In this document: one piece after another, positions 28,909 through 38,392 of the stretch
How positions within the stretch are numbered: the stretch's first letter is position 1
Layout of the letters: the number at the start of each line of letters is the position of its first letter
DNA from: a virus
Lineage: Duplodnaviria > Heunggongvirae > Uroviricota > Caudoviricetes
Length of the DNA stretch: 64,000 nt
Strand: one strand, 5' to 3'
Virus record (IMG/VR): IMGVR_UViG_3300030339_000005
Program-made: the position numbers and the translations under genes
Notes under the pieces: generated by a model
Told to the model about the DNA's origin: nothing
The model's input: only the letters and a program-made list of their open reading frames with translations
Database searches by the model: none

Positions 28909-29161
28909 TTGTTCTAATTACTTTATAAATGTCTAGTCTCATATAATTTCTACTTCGTAATTCTGCATATATGAAATCTAAAAACTCTTCGTCTGTTTCA
29001 CAGTCAATATTTAAAGTAGTTGGTGTCATATAACTTGGAATACCAATAGAAAATTTATATCCAGGATTTAATTTTTCTACAGTTAATAAGCCAATATAAT
29101 CAGCTTTATACCAAGTCTTTATATATTCACGAATCGTCTGAATTAATTCTTGTTCTTGCAT
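28889..29161 (-). CDS. hypothetical protein, 90 aa
   Basis: ORF track; ends TAA. Confidence 0.45.
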   Translation of the reverse strand: MQEQELIQTIREYIKTWYKADYIGLLTVEKLNPGYKFSIGIPSYMTPTTLNIDCETDEEFLDFIYAELRSRNYMRLDIYKVIRTNDSKEE

Positions 29162-31193
29162 CTCGTTCTTCTATTGTTTTTGGTATTATACCATAATGTT
29201 TATAACCTTTACTATCTTTATATCAACCTATGTCTTCGAATTTTTTACCAATTGGTTCTCTTGCAACAGGTTTCCTAACTGATAATTCTTCATCACCTAA
29301 TTCCGCCATACCCATTGCTGCTACAATATCAAACTCTTTTTTCTTTTCATCAGAATATTCTAGCAACTGTTCTACAATTTCTCTATAAGCAATTGTATAA
29401 CAATAATCTAAACAAAAATCGTAAATTAATTCTCGATAATGATCAATAACTTTAGGACTTGTTGGAGCTCCATACATATTTGCATTACCTTTTGTAACGT
29501 CAGACATTGTAGATCTCGGCCTTTTCATTAATAAATGAAGTAATTTTTGATCTCTAAAGTGAGTTAAGATAGCAGTTCTCGAAGATTCTAATACTGCTTG
29601 GCAGCCATAATGAGTTAACATCTTTGCAGCTATCTCATAAGCCTCTCTAGGATCTCTTGGTCTATCTTTATATAGTGCAACATAACATGGATCTGAAGTT
29701 CCAAATACCCTTTTCTTAATTACTATACAAAATTGTGATGGCTTTTTATCAGTTCCAGTAGAGTCTGCAGTTCCTATATCAATGGAGTCAATGCCACCAA
29801 CATATAAATTTCTATAAGATGTTTCTGCTTCTGAGACTAATGGTTGTTCTAATATAAGAATCTTTCCATTCTCATCATCTCGAACTCACTTTGTTCCAAT
29901 AATTTGATCGTGTTGATCTCGAGTTCAAATTAAATGTCCTCTAATAGGTACTGGAACATTTTTATAAATATCAATTCGAGCGGCTTGTTCTGCTAATTCT
30001 TCACGAGGAAACATATTATCACCTTGTTGAATTAAAGCCTCTTCAATTGTAAAACAATATTCAGCTTTATAAATTAATAATCCCTTAGGATCTTCAGCCT
30101 TTAATCGTCTTTGATATTCATAATATTCTTTAGCTTTCTGTGGATCGCACCATCCGCGCTTATCAAGTAAACTAATTACCATTCGATAAGCTGGAATAAA
30201 CATTGCAGTTTCTATTGTGCGACCATCAGGAGTATAATTATGTCTATAACGTAATACATTATATGCATCAGGCTTAGTAACAATATCTTTAATACCTTCA
30301 AGTGCTGGACCTTCGTCTCCTCCAGTTCCTCATACAATTCTAGTTCCTACACGCTCTCCTCCTAATACAGTTATTAAAGCTTCTCCTTGTAGATATTTTT
30401 TCTTTAAAACTTTATCAGATCCTGCTTCTTCAAAGAATAATCGTTCAACACGGTCACCTCTAATTTTTTCTGGAGAATCGGCAATTACACCCTCAATTTC
30501 TGACATATGTCCCATCTCAACTCCATCTCGTGTTTTTACAGAAGCTCTCTTATGACTATTTGTATTAATAACCATACGAACTCTTTTAAATGCACCTTCA
30601 GTTTCTTCATTTAAATAATCAAGTTGAAGCCAAATTTTTGTTAGCAATGGTTTAAGATGTTTTTCAGAATAGGCTGACGCAAGCACACGATAGTTTGGCG
30701 TCGTTACAAATGGTCGAGCACATAATTCTGCTGCCATTTCCGAAAAGCCCAAGGCACGAGCCTTAACGAGTGCTACATCTTTTCCCAAATATTCACATAA
30801 TTCAACATAATGAAAATATTCATATTGAAAAACTAAGAACATTGGGAAGCTAATCTTTCTACCAGCTGACGCTTTAGCTCCTTCAACAGATGATTTTAAT
30901 CTATAGAAATTTAATCAAAAATAATTATCACCAGTAATTCTATAACCATTGATAGTTAACCCTTCAGTACATCGTTTAAATCTTTCTTTTCAAAATTCGA
31001 TGTATCCTCGAGAACCATAAACAGTTTTACTATATTTACCTGTTTTAACTTTAGTAATTGCATCTTCACGAAACAAATCAGGATCAAAATCAAGTCCTTG
31101 AGATTCGTTTATAGGTCTATAACCAGTTATTTCATATGATAGTGTAGGATCAAAACATTCAATCGAATCACCCAATTTTATATCTCAGTCCAT
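29106..31193 (-). CDS. terL: terminase large subunit, about 695 aa, TGA-recoded (TGA at 31185, 30990, 30330, 29925, 29223); ends TAA 29106
   Basis: Five ORF-track fragments in one frame; merged sequence has ATPase-then-nuclease order typical of TerL; ATG 31191-31193 overlaps upstream stop. Confidence 0.6.
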
Positions 31194-31195
31194 AA

Positions 31196-31789
31196 TTAAA
31201 ATCTTATTTGACCTTGATCAAAGAATCCTGCTTCAGTACCACCACGTAATCCACTATCAGGTTCTAATTCTTTTTTAACTTGAGTTTCTAATTCATTTAA
31301 ACTAGCAACAAGTTCTTTAGCATTTTTAATATTACTAATTAAATCCTTAGAACTAAAAATTGGTTTCCCAGTTACAGCATCTCGTTCATTAATATCAACC
31401 GTCTCAAAGTAAAAAATTAATTTTTCTACCGCTGACATACATGCTCTAAGCATTCTAATATTAATACCTCCATTTTGTATAGATTCATACATTCTGCAAG
31501 CACTTTTAAATTCTGGATCTTCAAATTCTTCGTCTGTTAATCCAGAATTCTCCAGTGAACGTTGATGCCTATCTTGTTCAGGCTCATTAAAGAATGGACT
31601 TTCCCAATCAAAGAAAAGGAAAATGTATGCAAATTCTTTGTAAGCTCTTATTTTATTTTTTCCTAATGGATCGGCTGTACATTTATTACGTTGCTCATTC
31701 ATTAATATAGCAAATTCCTTAACAAGAAGAATTCCTTCTCTATTAATTACTACTTGCTCATTTACATTATCATATATAAAAAATTTCAT
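31196..31789 (-). CDS. hypothetical protein, 197 aa; possible small terminase subunit by position only
   Basis: ORF track; immediately upstream of terL. Confidence 0.35.
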   Translation of the reverse strand: MKFFIYDNVNEQVVINREGILLVKEFAILMNEQRNKCTADPLGKNKIRAYKEFAYIFLFFDWESPFFNEPEQDRHQRSLENSGLTDEEFEDPEFKSACRMYESIQNGGINIRMLRACMSAVEKLIFYFETVDINERDAVTGKPIFSSKDLISNIKNAKELVASLNELETQVKKELEPDSGLRGGTEAGFFDQGQIRF

Positions 31790-31824
31790 ATTTGTTGTAT
31801 TAAATTAACTATTAATTTTGTATC

Positions 31825-33387
31825 TTATTTTTTAAGTCTATTTTTAACTTTACCACCACATTTATCAACGCTTGGATTTGGTTTATTAATATCTCCACCA
31901 GATTGTTTCTTCTTCATCTTAGCTTTTACTTTACCACCACATTTAAATTCTTGTGGCCAAGTATTTAATTGATTTGCTAATACATTTGGAATTTGTACTT
32001 GTGGAGTATTTATTCTAGGTGTTGACATCAGAACATTTGGATTAATAGGTCTAGTATCATTATAAGTAACCATTCTTGAAATTGGGGGAGCAACTAAAGC
32101 TGTTGCAGGATTTGCTTGAGCATTATTCGTAAGCATCGCTTGTCTAGTTTGTGCCCCAATAATTCCATCAGCTGTTAATCCATGTGCTTGTTGAAAAGCA
32201 ATAATTCCAGCTTTAGTATTTTTTCCATAAATACCATCAGTCTTACCTGTATTATAGCCTAAATTATTTAATGTTTGTTGGTCCTGTTTTAACTTAGCAT
32301 CTACAGCAATTCTATTAACAACTGGCTTTGTATTCGTTGTTGCTTTTGGTGCAACTGTTTTAGTAGTTGGTTTATTAACTACAGGAGTTGTTTTATTTGA
32401 TGTTGATGTAGTTGATGTAGTTGATGCAACTCTATTTGGAACAGTTTTATTACTTGGAGTTGATTGTGTTGGTTGTGTTGATTGTCCTGGCTTAGTAGTT
32501 GACTTAATAACTGGCTTAGAAGTAGGTGCAGTTTTAGTTGAAGTTGGGGCTGAATTTGATTTTTGTGTAGGAGCCTGAGGAGCCTGAGGGGCTGGTCTTT
32601 GAACGCCAGGTCCAAAAGTAGGTGCTGTAGATGCTCCTGGTCTAGCAGTTCCTTTAGCAGTTACAACTGTATCAGGTAATGTTACATTATTAACAGTAGT
32701 TGGACGCATAGGAGATCTAACACCAGTAACGGCCATGGGTGGTTTATATGGATTAAAAGGAGCTACACTATCAAATTGTCTTGCAACCTGTACATTTGGT
32801 TTAGAAGGTCCTTGAGGTATATGATTTTGATGTTGTGGAGTAGCAGCAACAATTGATGGTGTAAACATACGTTCAATTAATGGACGATGTTCAGCACGTA
32901 ATCTTTGTGATTCTGCATTACTTCTATCTATAAATCCTTGTGGAGCTTGAGCACCATCTTTAGCTTTTAGAACTAATCCACCATTTTCTTTTTTAGCCAC
33001 TTTCTTTTTAACTTTACCTCCGCCACAATTACAAGCACATCTTTCCTCCATTTTACCACCAACTTTTCTTGATAGGATGTCACATCCACAAGCACATTTC
33101 TTTGACTTTGGTTTTGCTTTTAGTTTCTTTAACTTTGCACCTTTGGCAGCAAATTGTGCAGTAGCTTGTTGTGTTTGAGCTGTATATTGCTCATCTAATT
33201 TGTTCCAGTCGTCGTCAGATAAATTATCTGCTGCAGCTGAGATTGCATTAATATCATCTTCGTTAGACTGGATTAAGCTTGTCCATTCTTCGATAGAAGA
33301 TGTGTTGCCATACTTCTCTGGATCCATTTGTTGTGAATATATATAAGCAAAGTATGGAAATAATTCTTGTTTCTTTGTGTCGTCCAT
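31825..33387 (-). CDS. peptidoglycan-binding-domain protein with Pro/Thr-rich linker and repeated Cys-Gly-Gly-Lys motifs, 520 aa
   Basis: GIYGKNTKAGIIAFQQAHGLTADGIIGAQTRQAM resembles the PG_binding_1 repeat; several CGGKVK motifs; no in-frame TGA. Confidence 0.5.
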   Translation of the reverse strand: MDDTKKQELFPYFAYIYSQQMDPEKYGNTSSIEEWTSLIQSNEDDINAISAAADNLSDDDWNKLDEQYTAQTQQATAQFAAKGAKLKKLKAKPKSKKCACGCDILSRKVGGKMEERCACNCGGGKVKKKVAKKENGGLVLKAKDGAQAPQGFIDRSNAESQRLRAEHRPLIERMFTPSIVAATPQHQNHIPQGPSKPNVQVARQFDSVAPFNPYKPPMAVTGVRSPMRPTTVNNVTLPDTVVTAKGTARPGASTAPTFGPGVQRPAPQAPQAPTQKSNSAPTSTKTAPTSKPVIKSTTKPGQSTQPTQSTPSNKTVPNRVASTTSTTSTSNKTTPVVNKPTTKTVAPKATTNTKPVVNRIAVDAKLKQDQQTLNNLGYNTGKTDGIYGKNTKAGIIAFQQAHGLTADGIIGAQTRQAMLTNNAQANPATALVAPPISRMVTYNDTRPINPNVLMSTPRINTPQVQIPNVLANQLNTWPQEFKCGGKVKAKMKKKQSGGDINKPNPSVDKCGGKVKNRLKK

Positions 33388-33400
33388 TTTTTAAGAAAAA

Positions 33401-33625
33401 TTAAAGTTTTATTAAATCTTTTGTATTGAAGATACTTTCTTGAAGTTCTCCGTTTGCTGTGAATCATTTACATAGAATGCCTTGAAAGTAATCATTCTTT
33501 ACATCTTGAGTTCGAATAGTTTTAGTAACTTTACGAACTACCAACATTGTTGGTTTATTAGGAAGTTCTTGTCTTAGAGTCACAACGTCTCCAGGTAAGA
33601 AAAATTGTTTTGTGTCATTAATCAT
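33401..33625 (-). CDS. hypothetical small protein, 74 aa, one in-frame TGA at 33464-33466
   Basis: Hand translation MINDTKQFFLPGDVVTLRQ...GILCK[W]FTANGELQESIFNTKDLIKL; not in ORF track. Confidence 0.4.
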
Positions 33626-33679
33626 ATTTTATTATTTTGCATTTCGGTTATAAAAAATAACCATTCGTTTGTATACATA

Positions 33680-34231
33680 TTATTCCATATTTAAACGTTC
33701 TTTTAATTTGTCATTTAAGAAACATAGAATTTGTGGTTCACTAGTTAGGATATACCCAAGAGACATAAAGGGAATTGGATAAACTGTTCGTGTATCATAG
33801 AATACATCATCATTTGGTTTAACAAATTTACAATCAGGCCCTACTTCAATAACTTTAGCACAAGCTACAAGTTCTTTTAAGTTATCATTCTCTCCAGAAT
33901 CGGGATTTAAGAATTGTCCTTTATACTCTCCAATAAATAAGCCACCTTGCGATAAGGTTTTCTTATATGGATTAGAAGGATAGGGAAGTAAGATAACTTT
34001 ATTACCCATTGGTAACATCTCTAGAGTTTGAATTCTTGCTTCTAATTCTTTTTGTTTTTCTAATTCTAGTTCGTATTTTAATTTACGTGCCTCTTCTTTA
34101 ACCTTATTATCTTTCTCTAGTTCTAATTCTAATTTCTCTTTTGCAAAAGGTTCAGCCATTTGAATTAAATTCTTACCCATAAAATAACTTCCATTTGCTT
34201 CATTTAAAGTCTTATCCATAATCATTATCAT
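33680..34231 (-). CDS. hypothetical protein, 183 aa, coiled-coil N-terminal half
   Basis: ORF track. Confidence 0.4.
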   Translation of the reverse strand: MIMIMDKTLNEANGSYFMGKNLIQMAEPFAKEKLELELEKDNKVKEEARKLKYELELEKQKELEARIQTLEMLPMGNKVILLPYPSNPYKKTLSQGGLFIGEYKGQFLNPDSGENDNLKELVACAKVIEVGPDCKFVKPNDDVFYDTRTVYPIPFMSLGYILTSEPQILCFLNDKLKERLNME

Positions 34232-34497
34232 TTATTTATTATACATTTTTCTTCATCTACTCTAGTCTTACTTCCTAATACACATCCACATCCTTGAATA
34301 AATCCAGGTTGTTCAATTCTAGAAACATTTCCATCTTTATTTATATATTTAGATGCATCACACATCTCTCCTCATAATTTATCTACTTTATGTAAAGGAC
34401 ATTCTCGACAAATCGTTATACGACTTTTATAAAGTTCATCTTTTTTATTTAGTAGATTATTATAAAAGCCTTCTGCTATTTGAGTAATAGAAGACAT
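34225..34497 (-). CDS. small Cys-rich (CxxC...CxC) zinc-ribbon-like protein, about 90 aa, TGA-recoded
   Basis: Hand translation MSSITQIAEGFYNNLLNKKDELYKSRITICRECPLHKVDKL[W]GEMCDASKYINKDGNVSRIEQPGFIQGCGCVLGS... Confidence 0.4.
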
Positions 34498-34931
34498 GCT
34501 CCAACAAAGCCTACTACTGTACCTCCACCAAGCCAAGCTGGCCATAAGGACGCACGTTTTTTATATTTTATCTTTAGATTAGTTTCTTTTTCTATTCTAG
34601 CATCAGCTTTTTTTAGTTCTGATTTTTGAAAAGTAACAGCATCTTCTGCTATCTTTACAGATTCATCTCTATTCTTAACTTGAATTCTTAAATTGCCAAT
34701 TTCTTTAGATTGTGCTTCAATAGATTCTTGTCCAACATAATATAATTGTGAAGTTTCTTCAAGATTAGTGATATAAATTCTTAAGTCCATTAACTCTTGC
34801 TTAGTAAATGTATATACTATTGTTGTATCTTTTCCATCTGTACTAATTTTCCAAGTTATTGATGATTGAGTCCAACCATTTAGCGTGGTTAGCAGCAGAA
34901 GCATCATGGATAATATTAATTTCTTGATCAT
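34476..34931 (-). CDS. secreted or membrane protein, 151 aa, N-terminal signal and C-terminal TM helix; spanin-like by architecture
   Basis: MIKKLILSMMLLLLTTLNG... and C-terminal LWPAWLGGGTVVGFVGACLLLLK. Confidence 0.4.
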   Translation of the reverse strand: MIKKLILSMMLLLLTTLNGWTQSSITWKISTDGKDTTIVYTFTKQELMDLRIYITNLEETSQLYYVGQESIEAQSKEIGNLRIQVKNRDESVKIAEDAVTFQKSELKKADARIEKETNLKIKYKKRASLWPAWLGGGTVVGFVGACLLLLK

Positions 34932-35205
34932 GCTTAATAAGTATTTGTTGTTTAACTTTTTCTAATGAATCTAATTTGACTTCTAAAGTCTTTTGTTCCA
35001 ATTTTAACTCAGTATAAATACTATCTTTATCATGAATTTGCTTCATGTATAATTGAATAATTAAGTCCCTATCACTACGATATTCAATATCTTTATGATT
35101 AATTATATATGCTGTTCCACCTATAACTAATAGTAGACCTACCATATGTAATCCAAGTTTAGAACGTAATTTTTTCCCTAATTCTTTTAAATTCATCATA
35201 TTCAA
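34843..35205 (-). CDS. membrane protein, N-terminal TM helix plus coiled coil, 120 aa; overlaps 34476-34931 in another frame
   Basis: LGLHMVGLLLVIGGTAYII followed by coiled-coil-rich sequence. Confidence 0.4.
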   Translation of the reverse strand: MNMMNLKELGKKLRSKLGLHMVGLLLVIGGTAYIINHKDIEYRSDRDLIIQLYMKQIHDKDSIYTELKLEQKTLEVKLDSLEKVKQQILIKHDQEINIIHDASAANHAKWLDSIINNLEN

Positions 35206-36091
35206 TTTGTTTTCTATAAAATGTTAACATTCTCTCAACGTCATTCTTTAAATACTCACATTCATATGTTGTACATCCACCATCGTGATCATAGTGTACA
35301 AGAATTAATTCTTTAATAGTAACTCCTGGGAATTGTTTTTCAATCATCCAAGCATAAGTAGATAATTGTAAACTGTAATGCCAAAAGTTAGTATCTTGTA
35401 AGTTGTTTAAAGGATACTTCATCATTTGAGACTTCTTAGTTTTTCTATCAAAATAAGAAGCCTTTTTAATTTCTTTATTTGTTTTATAATCTAAAATATA
35501 AACATCAGTTCCATCAATAATAACTAAGTCTGCTTGACCTGCAATTCTTAAAACTCTATCTTCTGATACTCGAGATAATAATAATTCAGGATATACTCCT
35601 TGTTCTCCTAAGCATATTTGATTCGTTAATCTTGGAGTAAATTTTCCACCCAATCCAAGATGTTGTAATTCTTTAGTATTACCAGCCATATGTTCCAATT
35701 CTTGAAGTCTATGGATTGCTGTCCCTCGCATACAAGAAGCCTCACGTTTGGAGGCCCACTCTTGAAGAATTTCTGCCCTAGCTTCATTAAACTCATCCTC
35801 AGTTACAGCAACTTCATCTAAGTATTTTAAATGAAATCTTTTTGTATTTAATAAGGCAGGTTTAATATTTATAAAAGCGTCAGGTACTAAAGACTCTAAT
35901 GCTTTGTAAGCTGACCAAAACTCTTCGTCAAATGTTGTAAATTGATGTATTAAAGTTGTTACTGAGATACAAGGTTCTCTGGAACTCTTTGTCCAGTATT
36001 TATGCATTTTATCATTATAACTAACAGCTGAATTTTCTTTATCAATTTCTAATTCACCATAGTTAATTTCATTTTCATTTATCATTATCAT
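35159..36091 (-). CDS. PD-(D/E)XK-family nuclease (exonuclease or Cas4-like), 310 aa
   Basis: Motif AGQADLVIIDGTDVYILDYKT (D...D-x-K) and C-terminal Cys pair. Confidence 0.5.
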   Translation of the reverse strand: MIMINENEINYGELEIDKENSAVSYNDKMHKYWTKSSREPCISVTTLIHQFTTFDEEFWSAYKALESLVPDAFINIKPALLNTKRFHLKYLDEVAVTEDEFNEARAEILQEWASKREASCMRGTAIHRLQELEHMAGNTKELQHLGLGGKFTPRLTNQICLGEQGVYPELLLSRVSEDRVLRIAGQADLVIIDGTDVYILDYKTNKEIKKASYFDRKTKKSQMMKYPLNNLQDTNFWHYSLQLSTYAWMIEKQFPGVTIKELILVHYDHDGGCTTYECEYLKNDVERMLTFYRKQIEYDEFKRIREKITF

Positions 36092-36095
36092 TATT

Positions 36096-36788
36096 TTAAT
36101 TTACAAGTTCTTCCCAATTTTCTAAACAAAGAAGTCCACTAATTTTTTGAGATGCTTCAGCGATATTAGCTATTACATCATCTACACTAAATATGTGCCC
36201 TTCTTTAACTGTTAACAATAGAACTCCTAATAATTGATCCACTCCATAAATAGCATAAAATACTGCCGATCCACAAGTATGTTGTTTTAATAAGTTATAA
36301 ATAGCTGGAAAAGTAAGTCTAATATCTTCTGAATGCCCAATATAAATATAACCAATATTTTCAACTTCCAGTAAAAAATCTGCAAAGAGAGATACATTAA
36401 CTCGTTGATATGCATATGCTATGCTTGTTGAGCCAACTGCAAAACATTCACATGTAGCATTTACAAATAAAAAAGGTAAGCCTGCTAAATTTGAACTGCC
36501 GTTTGAAAATTCAAAAAGTATAGCTCTATTAATCTTTGTATTCACAATTAAATCAGAAAGAGTTCGTGATACTTCGGCAGCTATATTTTTTCTTTTAAGA
36601 TTTGCTTTAACATGTTCTTGGGCTTGTTGTGTTTCTCGTCTATCTATATACTTCTCAATTAAAGTCGGAGACGCTTTAATAAGAGTATGTATTCCAAAGA
36701 AGACGCCTCCTAATAATAAGCACGCGATTGCAGTAGTCATTCCATAAGTTTCAGCAATCTGTTTAAAAAAAGTAAGTAGGTGTTCCAT
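36096..36788 (-). CDS. membrane-anchored protein, 230 aa
   Basis: N-terminal hydrophobic segment TAIACLLLGGVFFGIHTLI. Confidence 0.4.
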   Translation of the reverse strand: MEHLLTFFKQIAETYGMTTAIACLLLGGVFFGIHTLIKASPTLIEKYIDRRETQQAQEHVKANLKRKNIAAEVSRTLSDLIVNTKINRAILFEFSNGSSNLAGLPFLFVNATCECFAVGSTSIAYAYQRVNVSLFADFLLEVENIGYIYIGHSEDIRLTFPAIYNLLKQHTCGSAVFYAIYGVDQLLGVLLLTVKEGHIFSVDDVIANIAEASQKISGLLCLENWEELVN

Positions 36789-36964
36789 TAATTGTCGTTG
36801 GTTTAAAGTGAGTACACTATTTATTATTTATACAAAGGTATTAATAAATTTTACAACAAAAATAAGATTCAATAAAAATCTTAAACAGAATTAATCTCGT
36901 TATTGTCATTGAAATTTTTTTGCATATTAACAAAAAAGGAGGCAAATTAATTGCCTCCTCACTT

Positions 36965-37657
36965 TTATATTTGGTGTTCTCGTAAAACTGCTAAAATATC
37001 TTTAATAATTGGATTCCTAACACTATCACTATCTTCAAATTCTACTACTGAAACTACAGAACTATCTTGAAAAATCTTTGCAACTTTTAATAAACAAGAT
37101 TCTTCAATTTTTTTTCTATCTACTTGTTCAGTATCACCTAGAAAAATAAATTTACAATTACTTCCGATACGAGTAATTAAAGATTTAAATGTATGGGTAT
37201 CTATGTTCTGCGTTTCATCAACAATTACTATACAATCGTCTTGTGTAACTCCACGTACATAAGCTATAGGGAGAATATCTATCAGACCTTTCTTAATAAA
37301 GTCATTTGATACACCTTTTTTGGCAAATAATTTATCTATGTTACCTGTAAAAGAAACAATATAAGGTTCCATTTTTTCTTCCATAGATCCTGGAAGATAA
37401 CCAATGTTTTCACCTGTAATAGTTTGGACTGATTTTACAATTACAATACGTTTATACTTGTTTCCAAGTAATCCAAATGCTGTTCCTAAAGCACAATACG
37501 TTTTTCCCGTACCTGCTGGACCTGTGCAGATTGTTATTTCGCTGCTAGTAATAGCATCACGAAACTCTTCTTGTTTGTCGTTCAGACAGTGAAACCTGTG
37601 TAAATTCTGAACTTGTTCGTCTGGGACTCGTCCCTTTTCTTTGCCTTCTTTTCTCAT
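36965..37657 (-). CDS. phoH: PhoH-like ATPase, 230 aa
   Basis: Walker A ICTGPAGTGKTYCALG, Walker B IVIVDETQN, typical PhoH length. Confidence 0.7.
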   Translation of the reverse strand: MRKEGKEKGRVPDEQVQNLHRFHCLNDKQEEFRDAITSSEITICTGPAGTGKTYCALGTAFGLLGNKYKRIVIVKSVQTITGENIGYLPGSMEEKMEPYIVSFTGNIDKLFAKKGVSNDFIKKGLIDILPIAYVRGVTQDDCIVIVDETQNIDTHTFKSLITRIGSNCKFIFLGDTEQVDRKKIEESCLLKVAKIFQDSSVVSVVEFEDSDSVRNPIIKDILAVLREHQI

Positions 37658-37707
37658 AAGTTGTTGTTTAGTTCACTAAAAATATCTATCGCTATAGATA
37701 AGTAGTT

Positions 37708-37742
37708 TTAAAAAGTAGGGCCGCCTAATAACTAAGCGGCCC
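37708..37742 (-). terminator. rho-independent terminator (minus-strand orientation)
   Basis: GGGCCGC-11 nt-GCGGCCC hairpin followed by TTTTT on minus strand, downstream of the tRNA gene. Confidence 0.55.
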
Positions 37743-37817
37743 GATGGTTAATGCGAGATATCTCGTTATGCATATATATATTTATTACATCATGTGTCGC
37801 ATACCATTTAAATTTCT

Positions 37818-37913
37818 TGGCACGGGTATCAGGACTCGAACCCGAATAATGAAGTTTGGACCTCCACGTGTGGTTTTGAAGACCACTTCTATTCCCAATA
37901 GGAAAGTACCCGC
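37818..37913 (-). tRNA. suppressor tRNA reading UGA (anticodon UCA); long variable arm, G73 discriminator, encoded CCA, irregular D-arm
   Basis: Minus strand GCGGGTA...GTGGT-CTTCAAA-ACCAC...TGGAG-GTCCAAA-CTTCA...TCGGG-TTCGAGT-CCTGA-TACCCGT-G-CCA; 7-bp acceptor, 5-bp anticodon stem with loop CUUCAAA, canonical T-arm. Confidence 0.6.
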
Positions 37914-37920
37914 ATATTGT

Positions 37921-38133
37921 TTAATTTAAACTATCAATATAATCAATGTCTTTAAGTAGTTCCTCAAAGTCAATCTTACTAATTGGCCCAATATAATATT
38001 TTCCAACAGTCTTGTCCGGATCATTAAATACTTCCATAGTATTTCCATCTATTCTTACCGTCCAGTCATTTCTAGTCCATTCATTTTCATCTATATCCTT
38101 TGTAAAGCCATTTTTTCTTAAAATCATTTCCAT
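37921..38133 (-). CDS. hypothetical protein, 70 aa
   Basis: ORF track. Confidence 0.35.
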   Translation of the reverse strand: MEMILRKNGFTKDIDENEWTRNDWTVRIDGNTMEVFNDPDKTVGKYYIGPISKIDFEELLKDIDYIDSLN

Positions 38134-38392
38134 ATCATTCTCTAATTTTATAATACAAATATACGAGATTATTTTTAGAAAAAATCTACATTTTTTGCTT
38201 ATCTAAAAATTCTTTATTTAAAACTAATTACGTTAAGTTTTTTCTAAAAAAAGAGAGATCTTTAAACTACACGTAACATGAGTGACATTTAATATCATCC
38301 AATAAATAAAATTTAATAAAGATAAATTTTTTTAAAATATTTGTTATAACTTTGTGCATTAAACAAGATTATAAATAAAATCATTATAAGTT

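Noticed and set aside
32379-33467. ORFs 32379-32615 and 33273-33467
   Set aside because: Alternative-frame ORFs inside or overlapping 31825-33387 with Leu/Gln-rich, low-complexity translations.
36421-36747. Plus-strand ORF 36421-36747
   Set aside because: Antisense to the better-supported membrane protein gene 36096-36788.
1-37657. Alternative explanation of fragmented ORFs as pseudogenes, frameshifts or sequencing errors
   Set aside because: All interruptions are the same codon (TGA), frames are preserved across dozens of events, TAA and TAG still terminate, and a UCA-anticodon tRNA is encoded nearby.
37818-37913. Interpretation of the UCA tRNA as tRNA-Sec
   Set aside because: Acceptor stem pairs as 7 bp, not the 8 bp expected for bacterial tRNA-Sec. 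No selA, selB or SECIS context. TGA sits at ordinary, often aromatic, positions.
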